Assembly: GCA_963796685.1 (NCBI GenBank)
Contig: CAWCMR010000025.1
Location: forward strand, 1,920,001 to 1,984,000
Length of the DNA: 64,000 nucleotides
Direction: 5' to 3'
Origin: an uncultured delta proteobacterium
GTDB lineage: Bacteria > Myxococcota_A > Polyangia > Fen-1088
Part shown: in pieces, positions 1 through 8,245 of the stretch
Position numbering within the stretch: position 1 is the stretch's first letter
How the letters are laid out: each line of letters starts with the position of its first letter
The notes under the pieces: generated by a model
Databases searched by the model: none
The model's input: the letters and a program-made list of their open reading frames with translations, nothing else
What the model was told of the DNA's origin: nothing
Made by a program: the position numbers and the translations under genes

Positions 1-670
1 AGAGCAACTTGCCCGACAGCGGCTCGCCCACACCGGCCAGCATCTTGATGGCCTCGCCGGCCTGCCAGGTTCCCACGATTCCCGGCAAGACCCCGAGCAC
101 GCCCGCCGTCGCACAATTCGGCACCAGCTCGGCCGGCGGTGGCGAGGGGAACAGACAGCGGTAGGTCGGGCCACCGCGCCAGTTGAACACGCTCAACTGG
201 CCCTCGAAGCCCTGGATGGCGCCGTAGACGAACGGGCGATCCGCCATGACACACGCGTCGTTGACCAGGTAGCGGGTGGGGAAATTGTCCGAGCCGTCGA
301 TGACCACGTCGCAGGCGCCAACCAGCTCCAGGGCGTTTTCCCGACGCAAGCACTCGCCGACGGCGACGACATCGACAAACGAGCTCAGGGCGCGCAATCG
401 TTTTGCCGCGACCTCGGCCTTGGGCTGGCCGATGTCCGCCTCGGTATACAGCACCTGGCGTTGCAAATTGCTGCCCTCCACGGTGTCCGGATCCACCAGC
501 ACGATGCGCCCCACCCCGGCGGCGGCAAGGTAGAGCAGGGCCGGACAGCCGAGGCCGCCCGCGCCCACCACCAGGACCTTGCCGGCCCTGAGCCGCTCTT
601 GCCCGACTTTTCCGAAGCCGGGCAGCGCGAGATGGCGCTGGTAGCGGCGCAACTCCGCTGCGCTCAGCAC
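1..670 (-). CDS. thiF: ThiF/MoeB-family adenylyltransferase (3' end outside window)
   Basis: Manual translation from GTG at 670: VLSAAELRRYQRHLALPGFGKVGQERLRAGKVLVVGAGGLGCP...DGSDNFPTRYLVNDAC; follows thiH. Absent from the ORF track because it runs off the window edge. Confidence 0.85.
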   Translation of the reverse strand, partial: MLSAAELRRYQRHLALPGFGKVGQERLRAGKVLVVGAGGLGCPALLYLAAAGVGRIVLVDPDTVEGSNLQRQVLYTEADIGQPKAEVAAKRLRALSSFVDVVAVGECLRRENALELVGACDVVIDGSDNFPTRYLVNDACVMADRPFVYGAIQGFEGQLSVFNWRGGPTYRCLFPSPPPAELVPNCATAGVLGVLPGIVGTWQAGEAIKMLAGVGEPLSGKLL

Positions 671-1824
671 GGCCGCACCTCGCGCGCGGGGCGCTCGACG
701 ACCTGGCCGTCGTAGGTTCCGTCCCAATCCTTCCACACCGGTTCATACCCTTGCGCGCCCAGGAAGGCCGCGACCGCGGCGGGGCTGCGCGAATCGTCGA
801 TGGCGAACTGCTCGAGCGATGCTTGGCCGCGTGCGTACCCGCCCGGGTTGGTACGCGAGCCCGCGCTCATCGACGTGATGCCGAGGCGGAAGGCGTGGTT
901 GCGGAAACGGGCGCTCTCGCGCGTGGAAAGCGACAGCTCCACTTCTTGACTGAACAAGCGGAAGGCGCACATCGTCTGCACCAGATCCCGCTCGCCGAAT
1001 GCGGACAGCGCCGAATCGCTGTCACCCTCGTGCGGGCGCAGGCGCGGAAACGAGATGCTGGTGCGGGCGCGCCAATAGCGCTCTTCGAGATAGCGCAGGT
1101 GGAGCCCGACGAACCAAGCATCCGCCCGCCAGTCGGACAATCCGTAGAGCGCGCCGAGGCCGATCTTCTTGACCCCGGCCCGGCCCAGGCGATCCGACGT
1201 CTCCAGTCGGTAGACCATGTTCGACTTGGGCCCGCGCAGGTGGCAATGCGCGTAGGCGATGGGATCGTAGGTTTCCTGGTAGACCATGACCGCGTTCATA
1301 CCCTCTTCGCCAAAGCGAAGGTAGTCGCCCACGTCGAGCGGCTGGACTTCGAAAGACAGACTGGCGAAACGCGGTCGCAGCAGGCGCAGGGCGTGTACGA
1401 GATAGTCGGGTCCCACGCGCGGGCTTTCGCCGGTGAGCAGCAGGACATGTTGCATCCCCATCGCGGCCAGGACCGCGGCCTCGGCGAGGATCGCCTCGTC
1501 GTCCAGAATCAGGCGCTCGACATGATTTTGGGCGCTGAACCCGCAGTAGGTGCAGATGTTGCCGCACACGTTCGACAGGTAGAGCGGCGCGTAGAGTTGC
1601 ATGGTTCGGCCGAAGCGCTCGACCGTTCGCTGGTGGCTGGCGTGTGCCATCTGCTCCAGGAACGGGGCCGCGGCCGGGGACAGCAGGGCCGCAAGATCTT
1701 CCAAGGACAGGTCGCCTCGCGCGCGCCCGAGCGCGCGTCGCACGTCTTGCGCGGTCTTGCCCGCGATGCGAGCCGCGACGGTCCGAAAGTCGTGCGCGCG
1801 CCATACCGTCTCGAAGCTGGTCAC
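664..1824 (-). CDS. thiH: 2-iminoacetate synthase (radical SAM)
   Basis: YAPLYLSNVCGNICTYCGFS (CxxxCxxC motif), YQETY, SAGSRTNPGGY; thiamine operon context. Confidence 0.95.
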   Translation of the reverse strand: MTSFETVWRAHDFRTVAARIAGKTAQDVRRALGRARGDLSLEDLAALLSPAAAPFLEQMAHASHQRTVERFGRTMQLYAPLYLSNVCGNICTYCGFSAQNHVERLILDDEAILAEAAVLAAMGMQHVLLLTGESPRVGPDYLVHALRLLRPRFASLSFEVQPLDVGDYLRFGEEGMNAVMVYQETYDPIAYAHCHLRGPKSNMVYRLETSDRLGRAGVKKIGLGALYGLSDWRADAWFVGLHLRYLEERYWRARTSISFPRLRPHEGDSDSALSAFGERDLVQTMCAFRLFSQEVELSLSTRESARFRNHAFRLGITSMSAGSRTNPGGYARGQASLEQFAIDDSRSPAAVAAFLGAQGYEPVWKDWDGTYDGQVVERPAREVRPC

Positions 1825-1827
1825 GCG

Positions 1828-2607
1828 CTATCCCTCCTGGGCAAGAAAGGCCGTGAGCGGCGACGACGCGTGCGCTTCCTCCGCCACCGACGGAAGGCCG
1901 GCTTCGTAGCCCAGGCGTCCCGCCTCGACGGCCAGAGCAAAGGCGCGGGCCATGGCCACCGCGTCCGGGGCGGTGGCGATGGCGGTGTTGACCAACACCG
2001 CGTCGGCGCCCATTTCCATGGCCGCAGCGGCGTGCGAAGGCGCACCCAGCCCGGCGTCGATCACCACCGGCACCTGGCGCTGGGCCAGGATGATCTTCAG
2101 GAACGCGTGCGAGGCCAGCCCCTGGTTGCTGCCGATGGGCGCGCCCAGCGGCATGACCGCGGCGGCGCCGGCCTCGGCCAGCTGGCGGCACAAAACCGGA
2201 TCCGCGTGGACGTAGGGCAACACCACGAACCCGCGCCGGGCCAGCTCTTCCGTGGCTGCCAAGGTTTCGATCGGATCCGGCATCAGGTACTTGGGGTCGG
2301 GATGGATTTCCAGCTTCAGCCAATGGGTTTGCAAAGCCTCGCGCGCCAGCTCCGCCGCCAGGATCGCCTCGCGGCGATTGCGCACCCCGGAGGTGTTGGG
2401 CAGCAGGCGGTAGCGATCGGTTTCCAGGTGCGCCAGCAGGTCGTCTATCGCACCGTCGGTGCGAACCCGGCGCAGCGCCACCGTCACGAGCTGGGTGCCC
2501 GACGCGGCTAGGCTATCGCGCATGAGCGGGCCTGATGCGAATTTTCCGGTACCGAGAAACAGACGCGAGGTCAGCTCGACGCCGGCGATGGAAAGGGGTG
2601 GTGTCAT
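1828..2607 (-). CDS. thiG: thiazole synthase
   Basis: [45 protein letters not shown]. Confidence 0.97.
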   Translation of the reverse strand: MTPPLSIAGVELTSRLFLGTGKFASGPLMRDSLAASGTQLVTVALRRVRTDGAIDDLLAHLETDRYRLLPNTSGVRNRREAILAAELAREALQTHWLKLEIHPDPKYLMPDPIETLAATEELARRGFVVLPYVHADPVLCRQLAEAGAAAVMPLGAPIGSNQGLASHAFLKIILAQRQVPVVIDAGLGAPSHAAAAMEMGADAVLVNTAIATAPDAVAMARAFALAVEAGRLGYEAGLPSVAEEAHASSPLTAFLAQEG

Positions 2608-3257
2608 CGAGAGGCTCCTTGGTCGTCGGAAACGAGGCCTACGTGGCGACGGCTCGCGTCCTGAAATTGGAGAAACGCTGCCACCGGGTCGGCGGCGTTC
2701 CAGACCGCACCCAGGATGGCAACGCCGTCAAAACCCAAGGCGCGGCAGGCGTGAATCCGCTGCGCGGTCACGCCCCCGAGCGCGAAGATCCGGGTCCGTT
2801 TTTCCGCCGGGCCACGGGCAGCGAGGGCGGCACCCAACCCTTCGAGGACGTCCTGGGGAACGGGGCCGTACCCTGGCTTGCTGAGCGACGGAAAAACCGG
2901 GCCGAAGAAGATCGAATCGTAGCGCCCGAGAGCCGCGCTGACCGCGGCCACGTCGTGACAGGAACGACTGGTCAGGCAGCCGGGCGGCACGCGCGGCGAG
3001 GGTAGCTCGGGCGCGTTCCCGTCGTCGCGAAAGTGAATCCCCCCCACGCGAAAGCCGGCTGACAGATCCGCGTGGGAATGCAGGACGATGAGGCTGCGCC
3101 AGCGTGCCGGCATCGACTCTAGCCACAGGGTCACCCGCGCGCTCTTCCAGCCGGGTTTGCGCAGGTGATACCGTTCAAGCCCGGCGGCGAACAGCGCCGC
3201 GACGGTCGCAATCTCGTTCGGCCGCTCGTCGGGCGGCGAGATCAGCACGACCTTCAT
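2604..3257 (-). CDS. thiamine phosphate synthase / TenI-like protein
   Basis: Start moved to ATG 3257, overlapping the thiS stop (ATGA); [29 protein letters not shown]. Confidence 0.8.
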   Translation of the reverse strand: MKVVLISPPDERPNEIATVAALFAAGLERYHLRKPGWKSARVTLWLESMPARWRSLIVLHSHADLSAGFRVGGIHFRDDGNAPELPSPRVPPGCLTSRSCHDVAAVSAALGRYDSIFFGPVFPSLSKPGYGPVPQDVLEGLGAALAARGPAEKRTRIFALGGVTAQRIHACRALGFDGVAILGAVWNAADPVAAFLQFQDASRRHVGLVSDDQGASR

Positions 3258-3475
3258 CCGCCCTGACTCGCTTGAATGACGAGCACCCGATCGCCTTCCT
3301 GCAGCCTTCGCTCGGCCCAACGCGAGCACGGCACCACCTCGGCGTTGACCGCAACCGCCAAGCCCTGGCGACCGGCCAAGGCCATCTCCTCGAGCAGAGA
3401 CAGCAGGCCGGTGCCACAGGTCACGGAGCGGTCGGCGTCATTGACATGGATGTGTATGGTTTCGGCGGGGACCAT
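3254..3475 (-). CDS. thiS: sulfur carrier protein
   Basis: 73 aa, AVAVNAEVVP, C-terminal GG. Confidence 0.93.
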   Translation of the reverse strand: MVPAETIHIHVNDADRSVTCGTGLLSLLEEMALAGRQGLAVAVNAEVVPCSRWAERRLQEGDRVLVIQASQGG

Positions 3476-3540
3476 GCGCTGGGCCTTTCCGCGCCCGAGC
3501 CGACCCTCGGGCCCAAGCTTCCTCCGCGCTGGCGGCGAAA

Positions 3541-3627
3541 CCTGTTTTCCCTACGGCGGCGCGACACGCATCAGGTTCGAAGGCTTCCGGGACGGCTCCT
3601 GTCCCAATCTCAGCCCAGTGCCCCAGG
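3541..3627 (-). promoter_or_regulatory. TPP riboswitch
   Basis: Minus strand reads CCTGGGG...GCTGAGA...GAACCTGAT...GCCGTAGGGAAAACAGG, the conserved THI-box segments with P1 CCTG/CAGG, directly upstream of thiS. Confidence 0.9.
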
Positions 3628-3911
3628 CTCGCCTAAACAAGGTACGCACAACTAGGACTCACGGGTGCGGGCTTTTCAAGCCAAAAGAACCGCCGTGGTC
3701 GAGGAATCGTCCGCCCCTTGCCTGGCCGCCAAGCCAAGGGCGCCTAGGATACGAGTCGTCGTCGCTCCTGCCTTCAAGCGCCGCACGTGCGAGGTCCGCA
3801 TCCATCAACGGCAGGATCCGCAGCGGATGCCGCAGAAAGCCTCGCCGAATCCACGCCCAAGAGGTCGGCACGAAAATTGATTGTCCAATGTTGCGAGCTG
3901 GAGGGGTGCCA

Positions 3912-4702
3912 TGACCAATTGCATGACCATTGTCGCTTGTACGTTGCTGATCATCGGCGGGGTCGCGCACGCCCAAGGGCCAACTGCCTCGCAAGAGGCT
4001 TGGACTGCCCAGGAGGACACCCAGTCGGAGCCCACTCAGGCGGCAGTCACCGAGCCGACAGGGCTTCCGCCAGCGCCGCCCTTGTTGCCCCCGCCACCGC
4101 CCCAAGCCCAAGCCCAAGCCCAAGCGGAAGAGGAGGAGACCCCAGCGCCGCCCTCCGATGGGACAGAGGCGAGCGGCCAATGGGTCTACACCGACCAGTA
4201 CGGTTGGGTCTTCGTGCCATACGGGGATCAGTACGTGTCTCCGGCAGCGGGCTTCGATGAGACCGCGCTCTGCTACGTCTACCAGCCGGGCACGGGATGG
4301 GTGTGGCTGGCAGCACCCTGGACCCAGGAGCCCGAAGCCTACCCGTTCCTTGGCATCGTCGAGCCCGTACAGGTTGGCTGGCACCACGGACATTCACACG
4401 GGGATGGGCACGGCGACCAGCGCGGCAACGACCAGCGCGGGAACGGCCCGCGCGGGAACGGCCAGCGCGGGAACGGCCAGCGCGGGAATGGCGAGAACGG
4501 AACGATCGGTGGTGGCCACGCAGGACCGCCACGGATGGCGCGACCCGGGCCAGTGCGGGATCCGCGCAATATCCCCACCCGTCCCGCGCCCAGCGGCACT
4601 GCCGCCGGTCACGCGATGGGGGCGGCGCCCAGCGTGCGCGGAAATCCTGGTCGAGCGCAGCCCGGCGCTTCGGCTGGCAGCCAGTCCAGGGAGCATCGCT
4701 AG
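3912..4702 (+). CDS. putative secreted Pro/Gly-rich protein with a Trp/Tyr-rich core
   Basis: GGAGG RBS before ATG 3912, signal-peptide-like N-terminus (..GGVAHA|Q), GQWVYTDQYGWVFVPY, GNGQR repeats. Confidence 0.6.
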
Positions 4703-4834
4703 CCATTCGGGAAGGCAGCCGAGCGGGAGGTTGCTCAATACCAAGGGCATCGGGGCAGAGCCCGGTGCCCTATGTTTCCACTCAAGGGCCACCGCAAACG
4801 ACAGCTCGACCACGAATCTCAGTAGTCCCGGCTT

Positions 4835-5167
4835 TCAGCCCTTGAGCAAACGCTCCATGAGGATGTCCTCGAGGTTGCGACGTCCGTCCAGCACGGCATG
4901 GATCTGAACCACGTCATCGAGCCGGCGGTAGATGATTCTCCACGGATGCTCCTGCAGCTCACGCCAGGTGCGGTCACCGATCGATCGTAGCTCCGGTGGG
5001 GTGCGGCCGCGGTTGGGCAGGCTGGCCAGGGATTCGGCGCGCTCAACGATGCGATCGACGACGGCCGTTGCGCGCAGAGGAGACTCGCTGGCCAGGTAGC
5101 CGGCGATGCGTTCCAGGTCGGAAGCCGCGACCGCCGTCCAGACGACCTTCAGATCGCGCGTCTTCAT
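4835..5167 (-). CDS. RelE/ParE-family toxin
   Basis: VVWTAVAASDLERI...PNRGR..PEL...WRIIYR...IHAVLDGRR; ATGA overlap with the upstream antitoxin. Confidence 0.85.
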   Translation of the reverse strand: MKTRDLKVVWTAVAASDLERIAGYLASESPLRATAVVDRIVERAESLASLPNRGRTPPELRSIGDRTWRELQEHPWRIIYRRLDDVVQIHAVLDGRRNLEDILMERLLKG

Positions 5168-5448
5168 CGCTTGCTGGCGCGCCCGATGGCCGCGTGCGCC
5201 CTGCGCCTGACGTCACCGCTCGAGTAGGTCTTGTCGCCGCGGGCCAGCGAATCCTGGCTCTGCGCCAATAGTTTCAGCATGGCCAGGGTCGCCTGCGCAT
5301 CGTCGTGGCGCTTGGCATCGATGACCACCACACGGGCACGGCCGTTCTGCGTGATGAGAACCGGTTCGCCGCTATGGATGGCCTGGTCGATGACGTCCTT
5401 GGTGTGTGTCTTCAGGTCGGTGATCGGGCGGACGCTGGTGGCGCGCAT
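5164..5448 (-). CDS. Phd/YefM-family antitoxin
   Basis: Start moved to ATG 5448; VRPITDLK...GEPVLITQNGRARVVV. Confidence 0.85.
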   Translation of the reverse strand: MRATSVRPITDLKTHTKDVIDQAIHSGEPVLITQNGRARVVVIDAKRHDDAQATLAMLKLLAQSQDSLARGDKTYSSGDVRRRAHAAIGRASKR

Positions 5449-5726
5449 GGACCTGAATATAGCACTTAATTCCGTGCGGGTGCTGGCCCGAGATTTTCGC
5501 ATTGCCGCCAAAATCGTCGAAAGTGCCCTGCGCTGGGAGATGAGTGCCGCGGCCGCTTGATCCGCCGGCGTTCTTCGTGGACCACTGCCTGGGCACGGAA
5601 GTCGTAGCGGAACGACTTCGAAAAGTGGGCGCGACGGTTCACGTTCTGGCGGCGCAGTCACGATGAAATTCGGCGGTGCACGGCTGGGCGGCGTGAGGAG
5701 GGGCTGAGCGGCCGCGACCGGAATCG

Positions 5727-5748
5727 TGTCAGTCCCCTGTGCCACCCT
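5727..5748 (+). promoter_or_regulatory. PafBC-type promoter motif, copy 1
   Basis: TGTCAG-TCCCCTGTGC-CACCCT, 8 nt before the in-frame GTG at 5757. Confidence 0.6.
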
Positions 5749-5756
5749 CGGCGATT

Positions 5757-6080
5757 GTGACCCTCGAAGAGCTCCGCAAGAAATTCTGGTGGCTTGGGCC
5801 AAGCCCGAAGGACTCCTACATCGTGGCTCTGGAGGGAGACACTGTGACCATCAAGGTGATCCAGTGCACCTGGAATCGCCGCACGCAGAAGTACGAGGAG
5901 GCGGTGGCGGCAGACTTCCGCGCACTGGGTTTGCAGGTGGTGTGGCAGCCATTCTTTTCGGAGAAGCTGCGCGCCGAGATCGAGAAGGCGCGCGAAAAGG
6001 ACGGCGCCAACTTCGACGAGGGAAGGTTCCTGGACGAGCAGCGCGCGGCGGAGGTCCGACGGGAGGCACGTGAGCGATGA
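5757..6080 (+). CDS. hypothetical protein
   Basis: Charged ~107 aa ORF with GC3-rich codons; start placed just downstream of the promoter motif. Confidence 0.6.
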   Translation: MTLEELRKKFWWLGPSPKDSYIVALEGDTVTIKVIQCTWNRRTQKYEEAVAADFRALGLQVVWQPFFSEKLRAEIEKAREKDGANFDEGRFLDEQRAAEVRREARER

Positions 6081-6110
6081 GCGTTGCGAGGCCGTCACCC
6101 CGCGCGCTGA

Positions 6111-6139
6111 TTGATGTCCACCCGCCAGACGCCTACAAT
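6111..6139 (+). promoter_or_regulatory. sigma70-type promoter for the WYL pair, probably leaderless
   Basis: TTGATG-N17-TACAAT, then 6 nt to ATG 6146. Confidence 0.6.
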
Positions 6140-6145
6140 GACGCT

Positions 6146-7243
6146 ATGGCGAGCAGGAAGCTGTCATCGCGGGTGGCGAGCGAAGATCGTTCGCGACAAC
6201 CGCCCGACGAGCGGATCCTGTCCTTGCTCATGCTGTTGCTCGAGGCGAATCGGCCCGTGTCGCGCGCCGAGATATTCCAGCGCATCGACGCCTACCGCAA
6301 GGTAAAACCGGCCGCGGCCGAGCGCAAGTTCGAGCGCGACAAGAAGGACCTGCGCACCCTGGGCGTGCCCATCGAAGAGCACGAGGAAAAGGGCCAGGAT
6401 GCGGAGCACCTGTACTGCGTTCGCAGGCGCGAGTACGAGCTGCGGCCGGTGCAGCTCGACGACGAGGAGCGAGTGGCGCTGATCCTGGCGGCCGAGGCGT
6501 TGCGCGGCACCGAGGGTCTGGTCTACGGCGAGCTGGTCGACGATGCCCTGCGGAAGCTGTCCTTCGACAGCGGCCGATCCCACCACGCCTTCACGCCCGC
6601 CAACCTTGGAATCATGCTGCCCTCGCGCGAGCACGGCGCGCGGCTGCGGCGCACGATGGCGGCCCTGGTCACGGCCATCGAGGGCCGTAAGCGCGTGACT
6701 ATCACCTACCCTTCGCCCGGCGGCGAGGCGACCGTGCGCGAGGTCGACCCGTACGCGGTCGTCTACTCGGGCGGCAACTGGCAACTGGTCGGCCACTGTC
6801 ACCTGCGCGACAAGCCGCGCACCTTCCGCGTCGACCGCATCGTCAAGGTCAAGCTGGCGCCCAAACCCGGCACCCCCGACTTCCAGCGCCCCGAGAGCTG
6901 GAACCTGGCGACCTACGTGCAGCGCTCGCCCTGGGTCTTCCAGGCCGGCGACACCCAGGCCGCATTCGACGTGGTGCTGGACATCGGACCCGAGCGCGGC
7001 TGGATGGCCGACGAGGACTTCGGCCCCGGCTCGTCGCGCGAGCCGCTGGCCCAGGCCGTGACCGGCGAGGAGGGCTGGACGCGCGTTCGCTTCCGCTCGG
7101 GCAACAGTGGCTACATCATCACGCGCGTGCTGGACGCCGCCGGGCACCTGTTGGTCGTCGAGCCGCGCGAGCTGCGCGCGCGCATCCGCGACATCACAGC
7201 CAGCATCGCTGCCGCCAACCGGACGGCAGGGGGTGCGCCATGA
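6146..7243 (+). CDS. PafB-like HTH-WYL-WCX transcriptional regulator
   Basis: ERKFERDKKDLRTLGVPIE (PafB-type HTH), REVDPYAVV..GNWQLVGHCHLRDKPRTFRVDRI (WYL), VVEPRELRARI (WCX). Confidence 0.9.
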   Translation: MASRKLSSRVASEDRSRQPPDERILSLLMLLLEANRPVSRAEIFQRIDAYRKVKPAAAERKFERDKKDLRTLGVPIEEHEEKGQDAEHLYCVRRREYELRPVQLDDEERVALILAAEALRGTEGLVYGELVDDALRKLSFDSGRSHHAFTPANLGIMLPSREHGARLRRTMAALVTAIEGRKRVTITYPSPGGEATVREVDPYAVVYSGGNWQLVGHCHLRDKPRTFRVDRIVKVKLAPKPGTPDFQRPESWNLATYVQRSPWVFQAGDTQAAFDVVLDIGPERGWMADEDFGPGSSREPLAQAVTGEEGWTRVRFRSGNSGYIITRVLDAAGHLLVVEPRELRARIRDITASIAAANRTAGGAP

Positions 7244-8245
7244 AGAAGCAAGAGCAGCGGCTGCGGCGCGCCCTGTACCTGGTGCCCTACGTGACCAAGC
7301 ACGAAGGTGGTGTGCGGCTGTCCGAGCTGGCGGAGATCGTTGGCGCCAAACCGGCCGAGCTGGAGAAGGAAATACGGGCGCTGCTCTACGTCGGCGTGCC
7401 GCAGGGATGCGACCACGTGAACATCTTCATCGACGGAAAGGGCCCTCAGGCGGTGGTTTCGGCCTTGCCGTGCCGGCTCTTGAACCGGCCGCCACGCCTG
7501 ACCACGCAGGAAGCGCTGGCCCTGCTCATCGGCGCCGAGGCCGTGAAGGCCACCGGGATACGCACCTACGAGGAAGCCATCGCTCGCGCCGCGAAGAAGA
7601 TCCGCGCGGCGCTCGGGCAGAGCGACAACGGGCTGGCCGGCGGGGATGGCATCGTCCTGGCCATGCCCGCCGCCGGCAAACAGAATGCGCTCGCCACGCT
7701 CTCCCGCGCGTGCCGCGAGCACCGCACCGTTGAGATGGACTACGCCTCGCTCTCGAGCCAGCACCGGCGCCCCGTCCGGCTGGAACCGTACGGCTTGCTC
7801 AACCACACCGGCGCCTGGTACGTGCTCGGCCGCAGCCTGACCCACCAGGAAGACTGCATCTTCGTCTTCAAGGTCGAGCGCATCCTCGGCGTCACCGTCC
7901 TTCCCACGACCTTCACCGTGCCCAAGGACTTCGACGTCAACAAGTACCGCGGCGACCGTATGTTCATCAGCGACTGGAAGCCCGCCAAGGTCACGCTCCG
8001 CCTGCGCGGGCCGGCGGCAGCGCGCATGCAGGGCTGGTTCGGGAAAGTCGGAGAAGCAGCGAGACGGCAGCCTGGTGGTTCACTTCAAGGACCACATCAC
8101 CGGCTGGCTGGCGGCGTGGGTGCTACGGCAAGGGGAGGGTGTGGAGGTCGTGGAGCCGGTGGAGTTGCGGGCGTGGGTGGGGCGGCTGGCGAAGAGGGTG
8201 GGGGAGGGGCACACCCGCACGTCCCTTCCTTGCCAAAGTGCCTGA
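7240..8245 (+). CDS. PafC-like WYL regulator, apparent +1 frameshift at ~8050
   Basis: RALYLVPYV, RPPRLTTQEALALL, LEPYGL..HTGAWYVLG...FKVERI; the WCX tail (GWLAAWVLRQGEGVEVVEPVELRAWV) continues in another frame from 8051 to TGA 8245. Confidence 0.85.

Noticed and set aside
751-2511. Long + strand ORF (586 aa) and similar long antisense ORFs (e.g. 36423-38108, 42257-43921, 55258-56949)
   Set aside because: Shadow ORFs opposite well-supported genes, expected in GC-rich DNA.
5164-5176. TCATCGCTTGCTG at the antitoxin end matching the MTase and yhcG ends
   Set aside because: Only 13 bp and explained by a shared SKR-stop ending; probably chance.
8040-8060. Programmed ribosomal frameshift in the pafC-like gene
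   Set aside because: The required shift is +1 with no convincing slippery site, and two similar indels elsewhere point to error or mutation.
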